A DNA stretch of 64,000 bases from Lachnospiraceae bacterium (GCA_036652815.1 JAVVVE010000006.1:11405-75404); one strand, 5' to 3'. Shown: positions 26,812 to 35,237, counted from the first letter of the stretch. Made by a program: numbers and translations. Notes: generated by a model from the sequence alone, not told the origin.

Positions 26812-28311
26812 CTACCACTTCTTAAGAAATGTCTTACGTTCCATCGGATCCATTTTGCTAATCTGCTCATCCATATAATAAGAATCGCTCTTCATATGCT
26901 GTGTGGATACTTCTTCAAAGATAGCACCATTGACCGATGAAAAAGAATGATATTCGCCACGCAATACAGTCTGCATATCACCCGGTTTTAAGGTCTTGTC
27001 TTCTTGTCCATCCATCTGTATCTCTAAGTCTCCATAGAGTACCTGAAAAGTCTCTTCTTTAATCTTATGTGCATGAGAAGGGTGTTTTTGTCCCGGCAGT
27101 ACGATGATATATTTCTTACAGTACTCTCTATTAATAATATTGATAATAATAGCACCATGCTGTCTAAAATGTTTCATCCCATAATGATGAGACAGCTCCA
27201 CTTCAAAGTTATCTCCGAGTGCAATGCCTGCCTCGTAGAGCATGCCCTTAGCGTCATGTACTGCAGTACGCACGATACCGACTCCGGATACTTTAGGCTG
27301 TTCCACGATCTTCTCATTAAGAGCGTAGTCTTTGGAAGCCACCATGCCATCTTTGAATCCACCACTGGTGAGCTGCTTTTCTTGACAAGGCATCGCATAG
27401 AACACATCTGCTTCCGTCATAGTCTCTCCCGCCTGAATAGGATGTTTGGCATAGACTCCTCGCATCAGAGAGGTCAGGGAATCTATCTCTGCCTGCGTTA
27501 CATACTTGTCATTTGGTTTACGTACCTGGCAGATCTCTTTTGCCAATAACGCGGATTTTACCCAGTTCTCTGCCTGCTCCGGATTCATCGAGTACGCATT
27601 TAATCGGATGGTGTCAGTTGGCAGTCCTACATGGCGCTCCAGTATCTGTGCGCCCTTCGCGATCGCTAACATCGGCACCACCGTATTATCAGGATCCTCA
27701 TGTCCCGAATAGCCAATGGTAACATCCCGATATCTACGATTCATCCTATCGATGAAGTCCAATTGTAAGCCTTCTAACGGTGCCGGATATTCTGCGATGC
27801 AATGTAAGAAAGCAAACTCACAGCCCTTATGTGTAAAGAAATTATATATCTTATCAATCTCAGCTAAGGTCTTTCCACCCGTAGAGATAATCAAAGGTTG
27901 CTTAGAAGCTGCCGCTTTCATCAAAAGCGGCCAGTCGAGTGCACTGCAGCTGGCGATCTTAATGATATCCAATCCCTGATCCATACACCACTCTACCCCG
28001 GTCTCATCAAAGGGGGTACTCATGGTAAGCATACCTTCCGCGCGTACCGCATCCACTAATCGAGATAGTTGGTCGTAACTCAACCTGGTACTTAAGAATC
28101 TCGGTATATGTTTTACATCTTCTCTGTCTTTAAAGTCCGGATGAATAAAAGTATCCAGATCCCGATATTGTAATTTCACTGCAGCTTTAATATTGTATTG
28201 ACGGGCTATCCTGCCCATGGCTTTGATAATATCGATACCATGCTCTACGCTACCCTGATGACTATTCGCCATCTCAAATATAAATAGATTCTCCAGTACA
28301 TTACTTTTCAT
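26812..28311 (-). CDS. NeuB-family nonulosonic acid synthase with a SAF domain and an extra C-terminal cupin domain
   Basis: NeuB barrel motifs (FEMANSHQGS, LHCIAEYPAP, GYSGHEDP) are followed by a SAF-like segment (VYAKHPIQAGETMTEADV). After that comes a roughly 140-aa cupin (LPGQKHPSHAHKIKEETFQVLYGDL...GEYHSF). The start is placed at the ATG at 28309-28311 with an AAGGGGG RBS. Confidence 0.8.
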   Translation of the reverse strand: MKSNVLENLFIFEMANSHQGSVEHGIDIIKAMGRIARQYNIKAAVKLQYRDLDTFIHPDFKDREDVKHIPRFLSTRLSYDQLSRLVDAVRAEGMLTMSTPFDETGVEWCMDQGLDIIKIASCSALDWPLLMKAAASKQPLIISTGGKTLAEIDKIYNFFTHKGCEFAFLHCIAEYPAPLEGLQLDFIDRMNRRYRDVTIGYSGHEDPDNTVVPMLAIAKGAQILERHVGLPTDTIRLNAYSMNPEQAENWVKSALLAKEICQVRKPNDKYVTQAEIDSLTSLMRGVYAKHPIQAGETMTEADVFYAMPCQEKQLTSGGFKDGMVASKDYALNEKIVEQPKVSGVGIVRTAVHDAKGMLYEAGIALGDNFEVELSHHYGMKHFRQHGAIIINIINREYCKKYIIVLPGQKHPSHAHKIKEETFQVLYGDLEIQMDGQEDKTLKPGDMQTVLRGEYHSFSSVNGAIFEEVSTQHMKSDSYYMDEQISKMDPMERKTFLKKW

Positions 28312-30202
28312 GGAATACCCCCTTATGAAATACTCTGTCCAATTTATCATCTTTTAGGTCTGTCAATATCGTGTCTATTGTGCTTTGAATCTGAGTCATA
28401 TATGTTTTTCCCATCGTGCAAGCTGTTATCAGTTCTTTTTTCTCTTCTCCCTCTACTTGATAGATGTCCTGCAGCAACTCTGTCGTGCTGTTCTGCATGA
28501 GATGCTGCACATAATGGTAGATGGTATCTTCTTCAATCTCTGCCGTCAGTGCATTGACTTGTTTCATGATCCTTTTCATGTCTCCTGATGCATATCTGTT
28601 TTGTAAGGTTAAGGTAAGCATCTGATCATAGGCTCTGCTCCCACGCTTGGCGAGCGATAAGATATGTTCCAGTCTCTCTGGCATGTCATAGAGATAGGTC
28701 TCAAATCGTTGCTTCTGTTCTGCATTCAGTAAATCAGGTGTGTCTCTTATAATCGCAGCGATATCTACTGTTTGCCTGCACTCTCTTGCAATGGCATCCC
28801 GTAGTGTCATCATCTCGGTGCCGTGTATCATCGCACCGCCCTCTGTTGCATCGATGACGTGCAATCCCCGATAGTTTTTTATCTCATATTCAAACCAATC
28901 CAGATAAATCTTAAATTCCAAACTGGAGGCGATAGGTTGTCCATCTATTCCCTCGACTTCTATCGTATTCTGACTTTCGATAGCGAGATTTTGTTCCCCG
29001 CGTACTGTTTCTTTGGCATGCGTGCGATGGTCGGTATAAGCCAGATCCTGTCCCACCAGGATAATGGTAGTGAATCCCAAGAGCTTTGCAATCGAAAAAG
29101 CTTCATTCGCTACGGAACCTCCCGACGATGTGATCGGCAGCAGCACCTCTTCTTTGGATAAAAATTCTTGTACATGTGGATTCATATCCTGTACAAAAAA
29201 CAAATTATCCGGATGAGCTTCTAATAATTGATATCTACTGGATAAATTACAAAAGAGAGGGATTTCCCGAATCCTTTCCTCCGTAAAATGTGCCAAATCT
29301 TTTTCTCCATCAATCGAAACAAAAGCATCCGGCACTATATGATGTGCCAGTAGTACTCTTAATGCCGAATCCGCTGCAATCAAAAAGCTTTTTCCGGCTG
29401 CTTTTTTTAATTCCTCTATGTTATGATCCAGGGATGGTCCCGCCGCTACGATGATCGCAGGCAGGGTATGTGGTAATCTCTGCCACAGCTCCTGTATCGA
29501 TTTACTATAAGCAAAGCTCCTATAATTCATTATCGTATTCAGGTAATAGCTCGCACCGAAACGTCCCATCACATCCTGGCTGGCGGTGATGGTCTGACAG
29601 ATCACTTCTAATTTTTTATAGAACGCATCCCATTCCTCATGGAAAAGGACCGGATAATTCAGATAGCTTTCGAGAATCAGTTCCTTGATATCCCTAATAT
29701 CTAATTCTCTCGCCAACATGTCTTCATAGCTGAGTTCTCCCTCTTCTGCCACGACAGGTACGACACGCTCATCTGCTAAGATCGCACTGCAGTCAAACTC
29801 TTCCAATACCTTTAGAAATAGAGTCAGCGACGGCTCATAAAGCAGGATCCTGACTTCTTTTTCGCAGTTCTCCAGTAGTGTCCTAACATACATCCCATTT
29901 CCAAACCCAAACAACACGATCTTATTCTTATAGTTCGTCATCTTTAGTCCGCGAAACCAGGTGTCCAGGAGATAATCGGAATCATAAAGAGAATCTAACT
30001 GATACTGCTGCGTCCCCTTATCTACATACAATACTTTTCGCTCTTCTATCAGTTCCACTCCGGGTATGAGCTCTTGTGTCTCGCTTGGTTGCTCTAATGC
30101 ATGCAGCAGATTATGATATAAGATCGGATCTTTTTGTTGCAGTACCTTTAGGTTAGTCTCCAGATGACTGTCTATATTCACATCCCTGTTCTTCTGTGTC
30201 AT
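28301..30202 (-). CDS. maf: Motility-associated factor (Maf, DUF115/MAF_flag10) flagellin glycosyltransferase
   Basis: 633 aa. The central AIIVAAGPSLDHNIEELKKAAGKSFLIAADSALRVLLAHHIVPDAFVSIDGE segment is typical of DUF115 Maf proteins. It is the second gene downstream of fliC. Confidence 0.85.
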   Translation of the reverse strand: MTQKNRDVNIDSHLETNLKVLQQKDPILYHNLLHALEQPSETQELIPGVELIEERKVLYVDKGTQQYQLDSLYDSDYLLDTWFRGLKMTNYKNKIVLFGFGNGMYVRTLLENCEKEVRILLYEPSLTLFLKVLEEFDCSAILADERVVPVVAEEGELSYEDMLARELDIRDIKELILESYLNYPVLFHEEWDAFYKKLEVICQTITASQDVMGRFGASYYLNTIMNYRSFAYSKSIQELWQRLPHTLPAIIVAAGPSLDHNIEELKKAAGKSFLIAADSALRVLLAHHIVPDAFVSIDGEKDLAHFTEERIREIPLFCNLSSRYQLLEAHPDNLFFVQDMNPHVQEFLSKEEVLLPITSSGGSVANEAFSIAKLLGFTTIILVGQDLAYTDHRTHAKETVRGEQNLAIESQNTIEVEGIDGQPIASSLEFKIYLDWFEYEIKNYRGLHVIDATEGGAMIHGTEMMTLRDAIARECRQTVDIAAIIRDTPDLLNAEQKQRFETYLYDMPERLEHILSLAKRGSRAYDQMLTLTLQNRYASGDMKRIMKQVNALTAEIEEDTIYHYVQHLMQNSTTELLQDIYQVEGEEKKELITACTMGKTYMTQIQSTIDTILTDLKDDKLDRVFHKGVFHEK

Positions 30203-30549
30203 AATACGATCTCCATCTTCTCCATCCTATCCAGATATAGCATCAGATTCTCTTTGGTCTCATAATGAAGGACATCTATCATCGCAAACCAGTCTTCTCT
30301 TTCCAGTGCTTCCATGATCCGTTCCATCTGCCCCTGCCAATAAGTCATATCTTCTGCTTCGTCCTGTAATTGCGGCAGCTCATAAGAAGAGATAATAATA
30401 GGTATGACTGCCTGTAGGAGATTAATGAATACCGGCATCAGACGTTCGGCCGCATATGCTCTGTTCTTAGCGATAGCTTCTGTCAGCAAGTCTATGGTCT
30501 CTATGGTCTCTTTTATCTTATCTGCAAATATCTGCATCGTTGCATCCAT
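30199..30549 (-). CDS. Hypothetical small acidic helical protein, translationally coupled to maf
   Basis: 116-aa ORF whose stop overlaps the maf start (ATGA at 30199-30202). No recognisable family. Confidence 0.6.
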   Translation of the reverse strand: MDATMQIFADKIKETIETIDLLTEAIAKNRAYAAERLMPVFINLLQAVIPIIISSYELPQLQDEAEDMTYWQGQMERIMEALEREDWFAMIDVLHYETKENLMLYLDRMEKMEIVL

Positions 30550-30575
30550 CGCTGTCTCCTTACTTGTTTTGATTG

Positions 30576-30607
30576 AAAAAAGGATTGGCTAAACGCCAAT
30601 CCTTTTT
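30576..30607 (-). terminator. Rho-independent terminator after fliC (symmetrical, potentially bidirectional)
   Basis: AAAAAAGGATTGGC-TAAAC-GCCAATCCTTTTT: a GC-containing stem with a 5-nt loop, flanked by an A run and a T run. It lies 18 nt after the fliC stop. Confidence 0.8.
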
Positions 30608-30624
30608 GGAATGTACTGTAGCAA

Positions 30625-31440
30625 TTATCCCAGTAATGACAATACGCCTTGATTTGACTGATTTGCCTGTGCTAACATAGACTGACCTGCCTGTCCGAGA
30701 ATATTATTCTTGCTGTATTCAACCATCGTCTTAGCCATATCCGTATCACGAATCGCTGCTTCTGCTGATTGTGTGTTCTCAACAACGTTATCTAAGTTCT
30801 TAACTGTGTATTCAAGTCTGTTCTGAATAGCACCCAGTGCAGAACGCTGTTTGGATACTTGTGCAATAGCACTTGTAATCTTAGAGATAGCTGTTCTTGC
30901 AGTCGATACTTGAGTTAATGTAATAGAATTGATTCCGAGACCTGTTGCATTCATATTCTTGATACTGATTCTGATTCTTTGTGCAGACTTGTTGGCAGCA
31001 CCAACCTGAATGTCATGGTTGAATTTACCGGACAATAGTCCCAATGTGTTGAACTGTGTGGACTGCTGTACTCTGTTAATCTCACTAACCAGTGCCTTTA
31101 CTTCGGTATTGATAGCTCTTCTATCTGCTGTGGTATTCGTTCCGGTAGAAGATTTGACTGCTAATTCATTCATACGCTGTAACATGTTATGTACTTCTGT
31201 CAAAGCACCCTCTGCTGTCTGTACGACTGCGATACCATCTTGAGCATTAGCGGAAGCTTGTGTTAAGCCTCTGATCTGGCTTCTCATCTTCTCACTGATG
31301 GTTAATCCTGCTGCATCATCTGCTGCACGGTTAATCTTGTAACCTGAAGATAACTTCTCTGTTGTCTTAGCTTGTGCACTTGTTGTGATACCTAACTGTC
31401 TGTTAGCATTCATTGCTGTTAAATTGTGTTGTACTATCAT
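30625..31440 (-). CDS. fliC: Flagellin
   Basis: 271 aa. Has a canonical flagellin N-terminus (MIVQHNLTAMNANRQL...INRAADDAAGL) and C-terminus (ILGQAGQSMLAQANQSNQGVLSLLG), with a strong AAGGAGG RBS. Confidence 0.95.
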   Translation of the reverse strand: MIVQHNLTAMNANRQLGITTSAQAKTTEKLSSGYKINRAADDAAGLTISEKMRSQIRGLTQASANAQDGIAVVQTAEGALTEVHNMLQRMNELAVKSSTGTNTTADRRAINTEVKALVSEINRVQQSTQFNTLGLLSGKFNHDIQVGAANKSAQRIRISIKNMNATGLGINSITLTQVSTARTAISKITSAIAQVSKQRSALGAIQNRLEYTVKNLDNVVENTQSAEAAIRDTDMAKTMVEYSKNNILGQAGQSMLAQANQSNQGVLSLLG

Positions 31441-31446
31441 AGATAT

Positions 31447-31479
31447 TCCTCCTTGAAATTACGGTAGCATCCTTGCCAC
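31447..31479 (-). promoter_or_regulatory. Two predicted CsrA binding sites in the fliC 5' leader
   Basis: The minus-strand leader reads ...GUGGC-AAGGAU-GCUAC CGUAAUUUC-AAGGAGGA-AUAUCU-AUG. One GGA sits in the loop of a short hairpin and a second GGA overlaps the Shine-Dalgarno. This is the arrangement known for B. subtilis hag. Confidence 0.5.
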
Positions 31480-31576
31480 TCGTTTGCCGGGCATGTAGAA
31501 TCTTTCGTCGTACGCCTACTTGAGTCTCCTGCCTGTGATTGGTTCGTAAAGACATTTCTTTCTTTACTTATATAGT

Positions 31577-31603
31577 ATATCGGTATAATTCTCAGATACT
31601 TTA
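31577..31603 (-). promoter_or_regulatory. Sigma-28 (SigD/FliA-type) promoter of fliC
   Basis: The minus strand reads TAAA-N15-ACCGATAT, against the consensus TAAA-N15-GCCGATAT. It lies about 135 nt upstream of the fliC ATG. Confidence 0.7.
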
Positions 31604-31635
31604 TACCGAATAATACTTTTTTTTATTTAATTTAT

Positions 31636-32118
31636 TTATTTCTTTTCATCCAGCATCTGTGGGCTCACGATACGGTTACGTCCCATAGCTTTATAATAAT
31701 CACTCGCCGCTCTGGTGGTAGTCCTGGCCTGTTGGATGTCTTGTCTTGCGAATCTGAACTGTCGTTCTGCCAGTTGCTTGTTGCGAGCCTCTGCTGCCTG
31801 AATAGAGACGCTCTTGTCGGTAATCCTCGAGATCAAATCCTGTAACACATGTATCTCATCGGCATACTGTGCCTGATGCTGCAGCAACTCCGGTTTTACC
31901 CGTTCATATACCGCCTCAAAGCCATCGTCCAATTCATTCAGTCGCTGAATCAGCACGGTCTTTTGATCCATATTCGTATCCAATGCCTCTGTGTCTAATC
32001 TCTCTGCCTGCATCAGTTCGGTCTGTTCCTGATTCTTCTGTATCACTTCGTCCAATACCTGCAGTTTTTTCTGTAAGCTATCCATTAGTACACTGAGATA
32101 ATTCTTCTGTTCTGTCAT
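31636..32118 (-). CDS. FliT-like flagellar export chaperone (putative)
   Basis: 160-aa helical protein. It overlaps the fliS stop by 4 nt and occupies the fliT position of the B. subtilis flaG-fliD-fliS-fliT operon. The call rests on position and composition. Confidence 0.5.
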   Translation of the reverse strand: MTEQKNYLSVLMDSLQKKLQVLDEVIQKNQEQTELMQAERLDTEALDTNMDQKTVLIQRLNELDDGFEAVYERVKPELLQHQAQYADEIHVLQDLISRITDKSVSIQAAEARNKQLAERQFRFARQDIQQARTTTRAASDYYKAMGRNRIVSPQMLDEKK

Positions 32119-32489
32119 GATAGTCCTTTCCGCATAACCTCTTTCCAGGTATCTCTCATCGTGCGAAGGTGTCCCAGTACCTCTTGGAGAATCTCAGCAT
32201 CCTTCGCTATATTGGCTTCCCGCAGTCTTTTAATAAGGTAATTATATACTGCATCAAAATCTTTTGCAACCGGATAATCACGATTTAAAGTGATCTGAAA
32301 TTCTTCTATAATGCGTTCTGTTTTCATGATATTATCGTGGGCACGCTGGATACTGCCCTGCTCGATTCCGAGGATTGCGATATTACAGAATTTGATGGCA
32401 CCTTCATAAAGCATCAATGTTAATTCTGCGGGGGAAGCGGTCATGATCTTATTGCTGTTGTACTGTGCATATGCATTACCTGCCTGCAT
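32115..32489 (-). CDS. fliS: Flagellin-specific export chaperone FliS
   Basis: 124 aa. Has YAQYNSNKIMTASPAELTLMLYEGAIKF, typical of FliS. Confidence 0.9.
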   Translation of the reverse strand: MQAGNAYAQYNSNKIMTASPAELTLMLYEGAIKFCNIAILGIEQGSIQRAHDNIMKTERIIEEFQITLNRDYPVAKDFDAVYNYLIKRLREANIAKDAEILQEVLGHLRTMRDTWKEVMRKGLS

Positions 32490-32543
32490 AATAAGTACCT
32501 CCTTATTTCGATTGTTCTGTCTTTTTTAAGTCCATGTATTCTA

Positions 32544-34715
32544 TCAGCCACCTAACAAGGAGTTCATAGAGCTCTGTGAGGCATTCAATTTACTCATAGC
32601 GGTCTCCATCGCGGAAAACTGTTTGTAATATCTATCCTCCATCGCGGTTAATTTTGCTTCTTGTTCTTTGATCTTAGCTGTGTAGCTCTTATAATCTGCT
32701 TCCATCTTGACATCATCATAAGCGTGGTAAGTAGTACGGTATCCCGTCACCCTCTTCATCTCCTGATTCATCTGTGTCGATAGATTATCTGCGAATTTGG
32801 AGAAGAATTTACCCACTTCCTCCGGATTGGCTGCGATCGCTATCTTTAGCTTATCCTGCTCTCCCGAGCTGGCTGCATCATCCCGGTCTCCCGCGATATG
32901 ATATGCATTCTTCTCATTTTCCGGTGCATTAAAATAGCTCTGTGTCTCAATCCCAAAATCAGTTAAGCTCAATACTTTACCATTGACGGTAAAAGATGCC
33001 GTCATATTAGACTTCATCACAGAGCTGACAGACTCCAGATTGGCATCCCGCTTTAGTAATGATTTCTTAATCTTTTCTTCCCAGTCCTTAATCTCAGACT
33101 CAGACATCTCTTTTTTCTCTTCGCTGGTCAATGGTTCATAGCCTTTCGAAGATGCTGCATTATAGGAAACGTCCATCTCATTCATCAATTTATTATAATC
33201 TTTGATGAATCCTTTAATCTGATTATAAACACCTTCTGTATCGGTATCTGTATTAATCGTGGTATCTTTGGTAGATACCGCCTGTGCGGTAATGGTAAGT
33301 CCGTTTACGGTAAATGTGTTGCTGTCTGAGGTAAATTCTGCACCGTTTAAGATAATCTTGGCATCGTCTCCCAAGACTCTGATGGGAGAGGTCGCATCCT
33401 GTATGATGGTGCCTGCTTTGGCTATTGCTTCTACTGCTGCCTCTACCTTCTTCACAAGGTCTGCATTGACTTCATCTGTAAGGAGTGGTTTTCCGATTCT
33501 ATCATTATTATAATTAATCTTAACTTGATTGGCTGCGATCTGATCCTGCTGTTCCTTAATCATCGGTTCAAAGGTCTTGGCATCCTGCAAAGTCACCAGA
33601 TTCTTCTCATCTGCAGGCAAGGTATCCCATACACCTGCGGTTCCTTTTTTACCGAGTGCATCATATTCTGTCTGCTCCTGCGGTGTCAGTCCTTCTGTTG
33701 TGGCTTTCTTGGCATCCAGTTCTTTATAGCGATTCATCTCTGTCTTAATGGTCTCTGTCTTAGTTTTCAGCAATGTAATATTGTCATCCAGCGTGTTGGT
33801 GCCGGTAGCATCTGCTGCTTTCATGGCATTCTTATAAGCATCGCCGGCTAAGTAGTCCGTTTGGGCTTTTTTGATTTTATCTATATTCTGTTTGCCGGTC
33901 TCATTATTGGCAGTCAGTGTCGTGTTTTCTGCCTTCATCTGTTGTTCGCGTATCGCGATCTCTGCAGCGGTTTTGCCTGCATTCGTCAGATTGGTAATCG
34001 TCTCTGCGTCATTGGCGCCTTTTAACTTAGACCATTCCAGATATTCCGGATTGGATACGATATCTTCTTTTGTTAAGAGTCCCAACCCCGACAGTGCTGA
34101 CAATCCCTTACTATCCTGTGCTGTTATAGTAAAATCGCCCTTAATACCACTGTTTTTGGCACTCACAAAGAATCGCTGATTTGTACTGTCAAAGCTGGCG
34201 TCCACACCTGCTTTCTGCATTTTCTTGGTCAAATCGCCTATCTTCATATCAGAAGTTAATTCAATCACAGTTTCTTTGCCATTGGCTGATACTTTAATCT
34301 TGGCCTTCTCTCCTGCTGCCAGAATGCCTACGTTCTCCATGGTTGAACTGTCACTATATTTCTTATCGTTGCTTAATTTACCGCCGGTCAGATATCCTGC
34401 TTTTGCCAGATTCTTGACCGCTAAGGTCTGTGTACCCTTCGTTGCACCATTGCCTGCTACCACAGTCGCAACAGTCGGATCAGCCACGGTTGTCTTTTTC
34501 TTATTGTAATCGCTTTCTCTACGTAGATTATCCAGCGTTTTGCTAAAGAAACCATATATCTTGGTATTCAGATCTTTCCATGCTGTTTGTTTCCAGCCCA
34601 GCTTCGTCTGTGCCTTGACCAGGTTGTTCTTCTTAGTACTGGAAGCTTTGACCAGCTCCTGTACCATACTATCTGTATCCATACCGGATACCATACCCGA
34701 TAATCTTATTGGCAT
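32544..34715 (-). CDS. fliD: Flagellar filament cap protein FliD (hook-associated protein 2)
   Basis: 723 aa. The N-terminus (IRLSGMVSGMDTDSMVQELVKA) and C-terminus (RYYKQFSAMETAMSKLNASQSSMNSLLG) are typical of FliD. Confidence 0.9.
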   Translation of the reverse strand: MPIRLSGMVSGMDTDSMVQELVKASSTKKNNLVKAQTKLGWKQTAWKDLNTKIYGFFSKTLDNLRRESDYNKKKTTVADPTVATVVAGNGATKGTQTLAVKNLAKAGYLTGGKLSNDKKYSDSSTMENVGILAAGEKAKIKVSANGKETVIELTSDMKIGDLTKKMQKAGVDASFDSTNQRFFVSAKNSGIKGDFTITAQDSKGLSALSGLGLLTKEDIVSNPEYLEWSKLKGANDAETITNLTNAGKTAAEIAIREQQMKAENTTLTANNETGKQNIDKIKKAQTDYLAGDAYKNAMKAADATGTNTLDDNITLLKTKTETIKTEMNRYKELDAKKATTEGLTPQEQTEYDALGKKGTAGVWDTLPADEKNLVTLQDAKTFEPMIKEQQDQIAANQVKINYNNDRIGKPLLTDEVNADLVKKVEAAVEAIAKAGTIIQDATSPIRVLGDDAKIILNGAEFTSDSNTFTVNGLTITAQAVSTKDTTINTDTDTEGVYNQIKGFIKDYNKLMNEMDVSYNAASSKGYEPLTSEEKKEMSESEIKDWEEKIKKSLLKRDANLESVSSVMKSNMTASFTVNGKVLSLTDFGIETQSYFNAPENEKNAYHIAGDRDDAASSGEQDKLKIAIAANPEEVGKFFSKFADNLSTQMNQEMKRVTGYRTTYHAYDDVKMEADYKSYTAKIKEQEAKLTAMEDRYYKQFSAMETAMSKLNASQSSMNSLLGG

Positions 34716-34727
34716 CTGTATTACCTC

Positions 34728-35171
34728 CTAACGTCTCTCATCTACTAACAATCCCGCCAGCTCCCATGCTTTGGCTATCATATCCAACGTTTTCTCCGGT
34801 GGCAGCTCTTTGATGGTCTCTTTGGTCGTTTTATCTATAATCTTAATCGTCACGCGATGGGTGCCTTCGTGAATACCGAAGATGGCTTCGGAATTATTTA
34901 GATTCTTGTTCAGTTTATCGACCGCTTTTTTCATCTGATCCTGATTGAGTTCCTGCTGTTCTTTGGTTCCGGTATTCTGCCCATTATCCTTATGGTCGGC
35001 ATTGCTGCCTTGTTTTACTGCAGATATGGCATTCTCTTCCGGCAGCGTCACACCCGCCAGTGTACCATCCATGTTCTCACTGTCTGTATGCTGTCTCTCG
35101 CTCTGTGTAGTTCTTGGTATCTGATTCTGTGCCTGATATACCATAGCACTATTTACTGATTCTATTGCCAT
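34728..35171 (-). CDS. flaG: Flagellar protein FlaG
   Basis: The C-terminal FGIHEGTHRVTIKIIDKTTKETIKELPPEK is the FlaG signature. The start is placed at the ATG at 35169-35171, 8 nt after GGAGG. Confidence 0.8.
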   Translation of the reverse strand: MAIESVNSAMVYQAQNQIPRTTQSERQHTDSENMDGTLAGVTLPEENAISAVKQGSNADHKDNGQNTGTKEQQELNQDQMKKAVDKLNKNLNNSEAIFGIHEGTHRVTIKIIDKTTKETIKELPPEKTLDMIAKAWELAGLLVDERR

Positions 35172-35210
35172 TTTAATCACCTCCGTGTGATATTCTATTG
35201 ATTATTCTAT

Positions 35211-35237
35211 ATATCGGCAGATTTGGGTAAAAGTTTA
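35211..35237 (-). promoter_or_regulatory. Sigma-28 (SigD-type) promoter for flaG-fliD-fliS-fliT-like
   Basis: The minus strand reads TAAA-CTTTTACCCAAATCT-GCCGATAT, a perfect match to TAAA-N15-GCCGATAT. The -35 TAAA overlaps the csrA stop codon. Confidence 0.75.
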
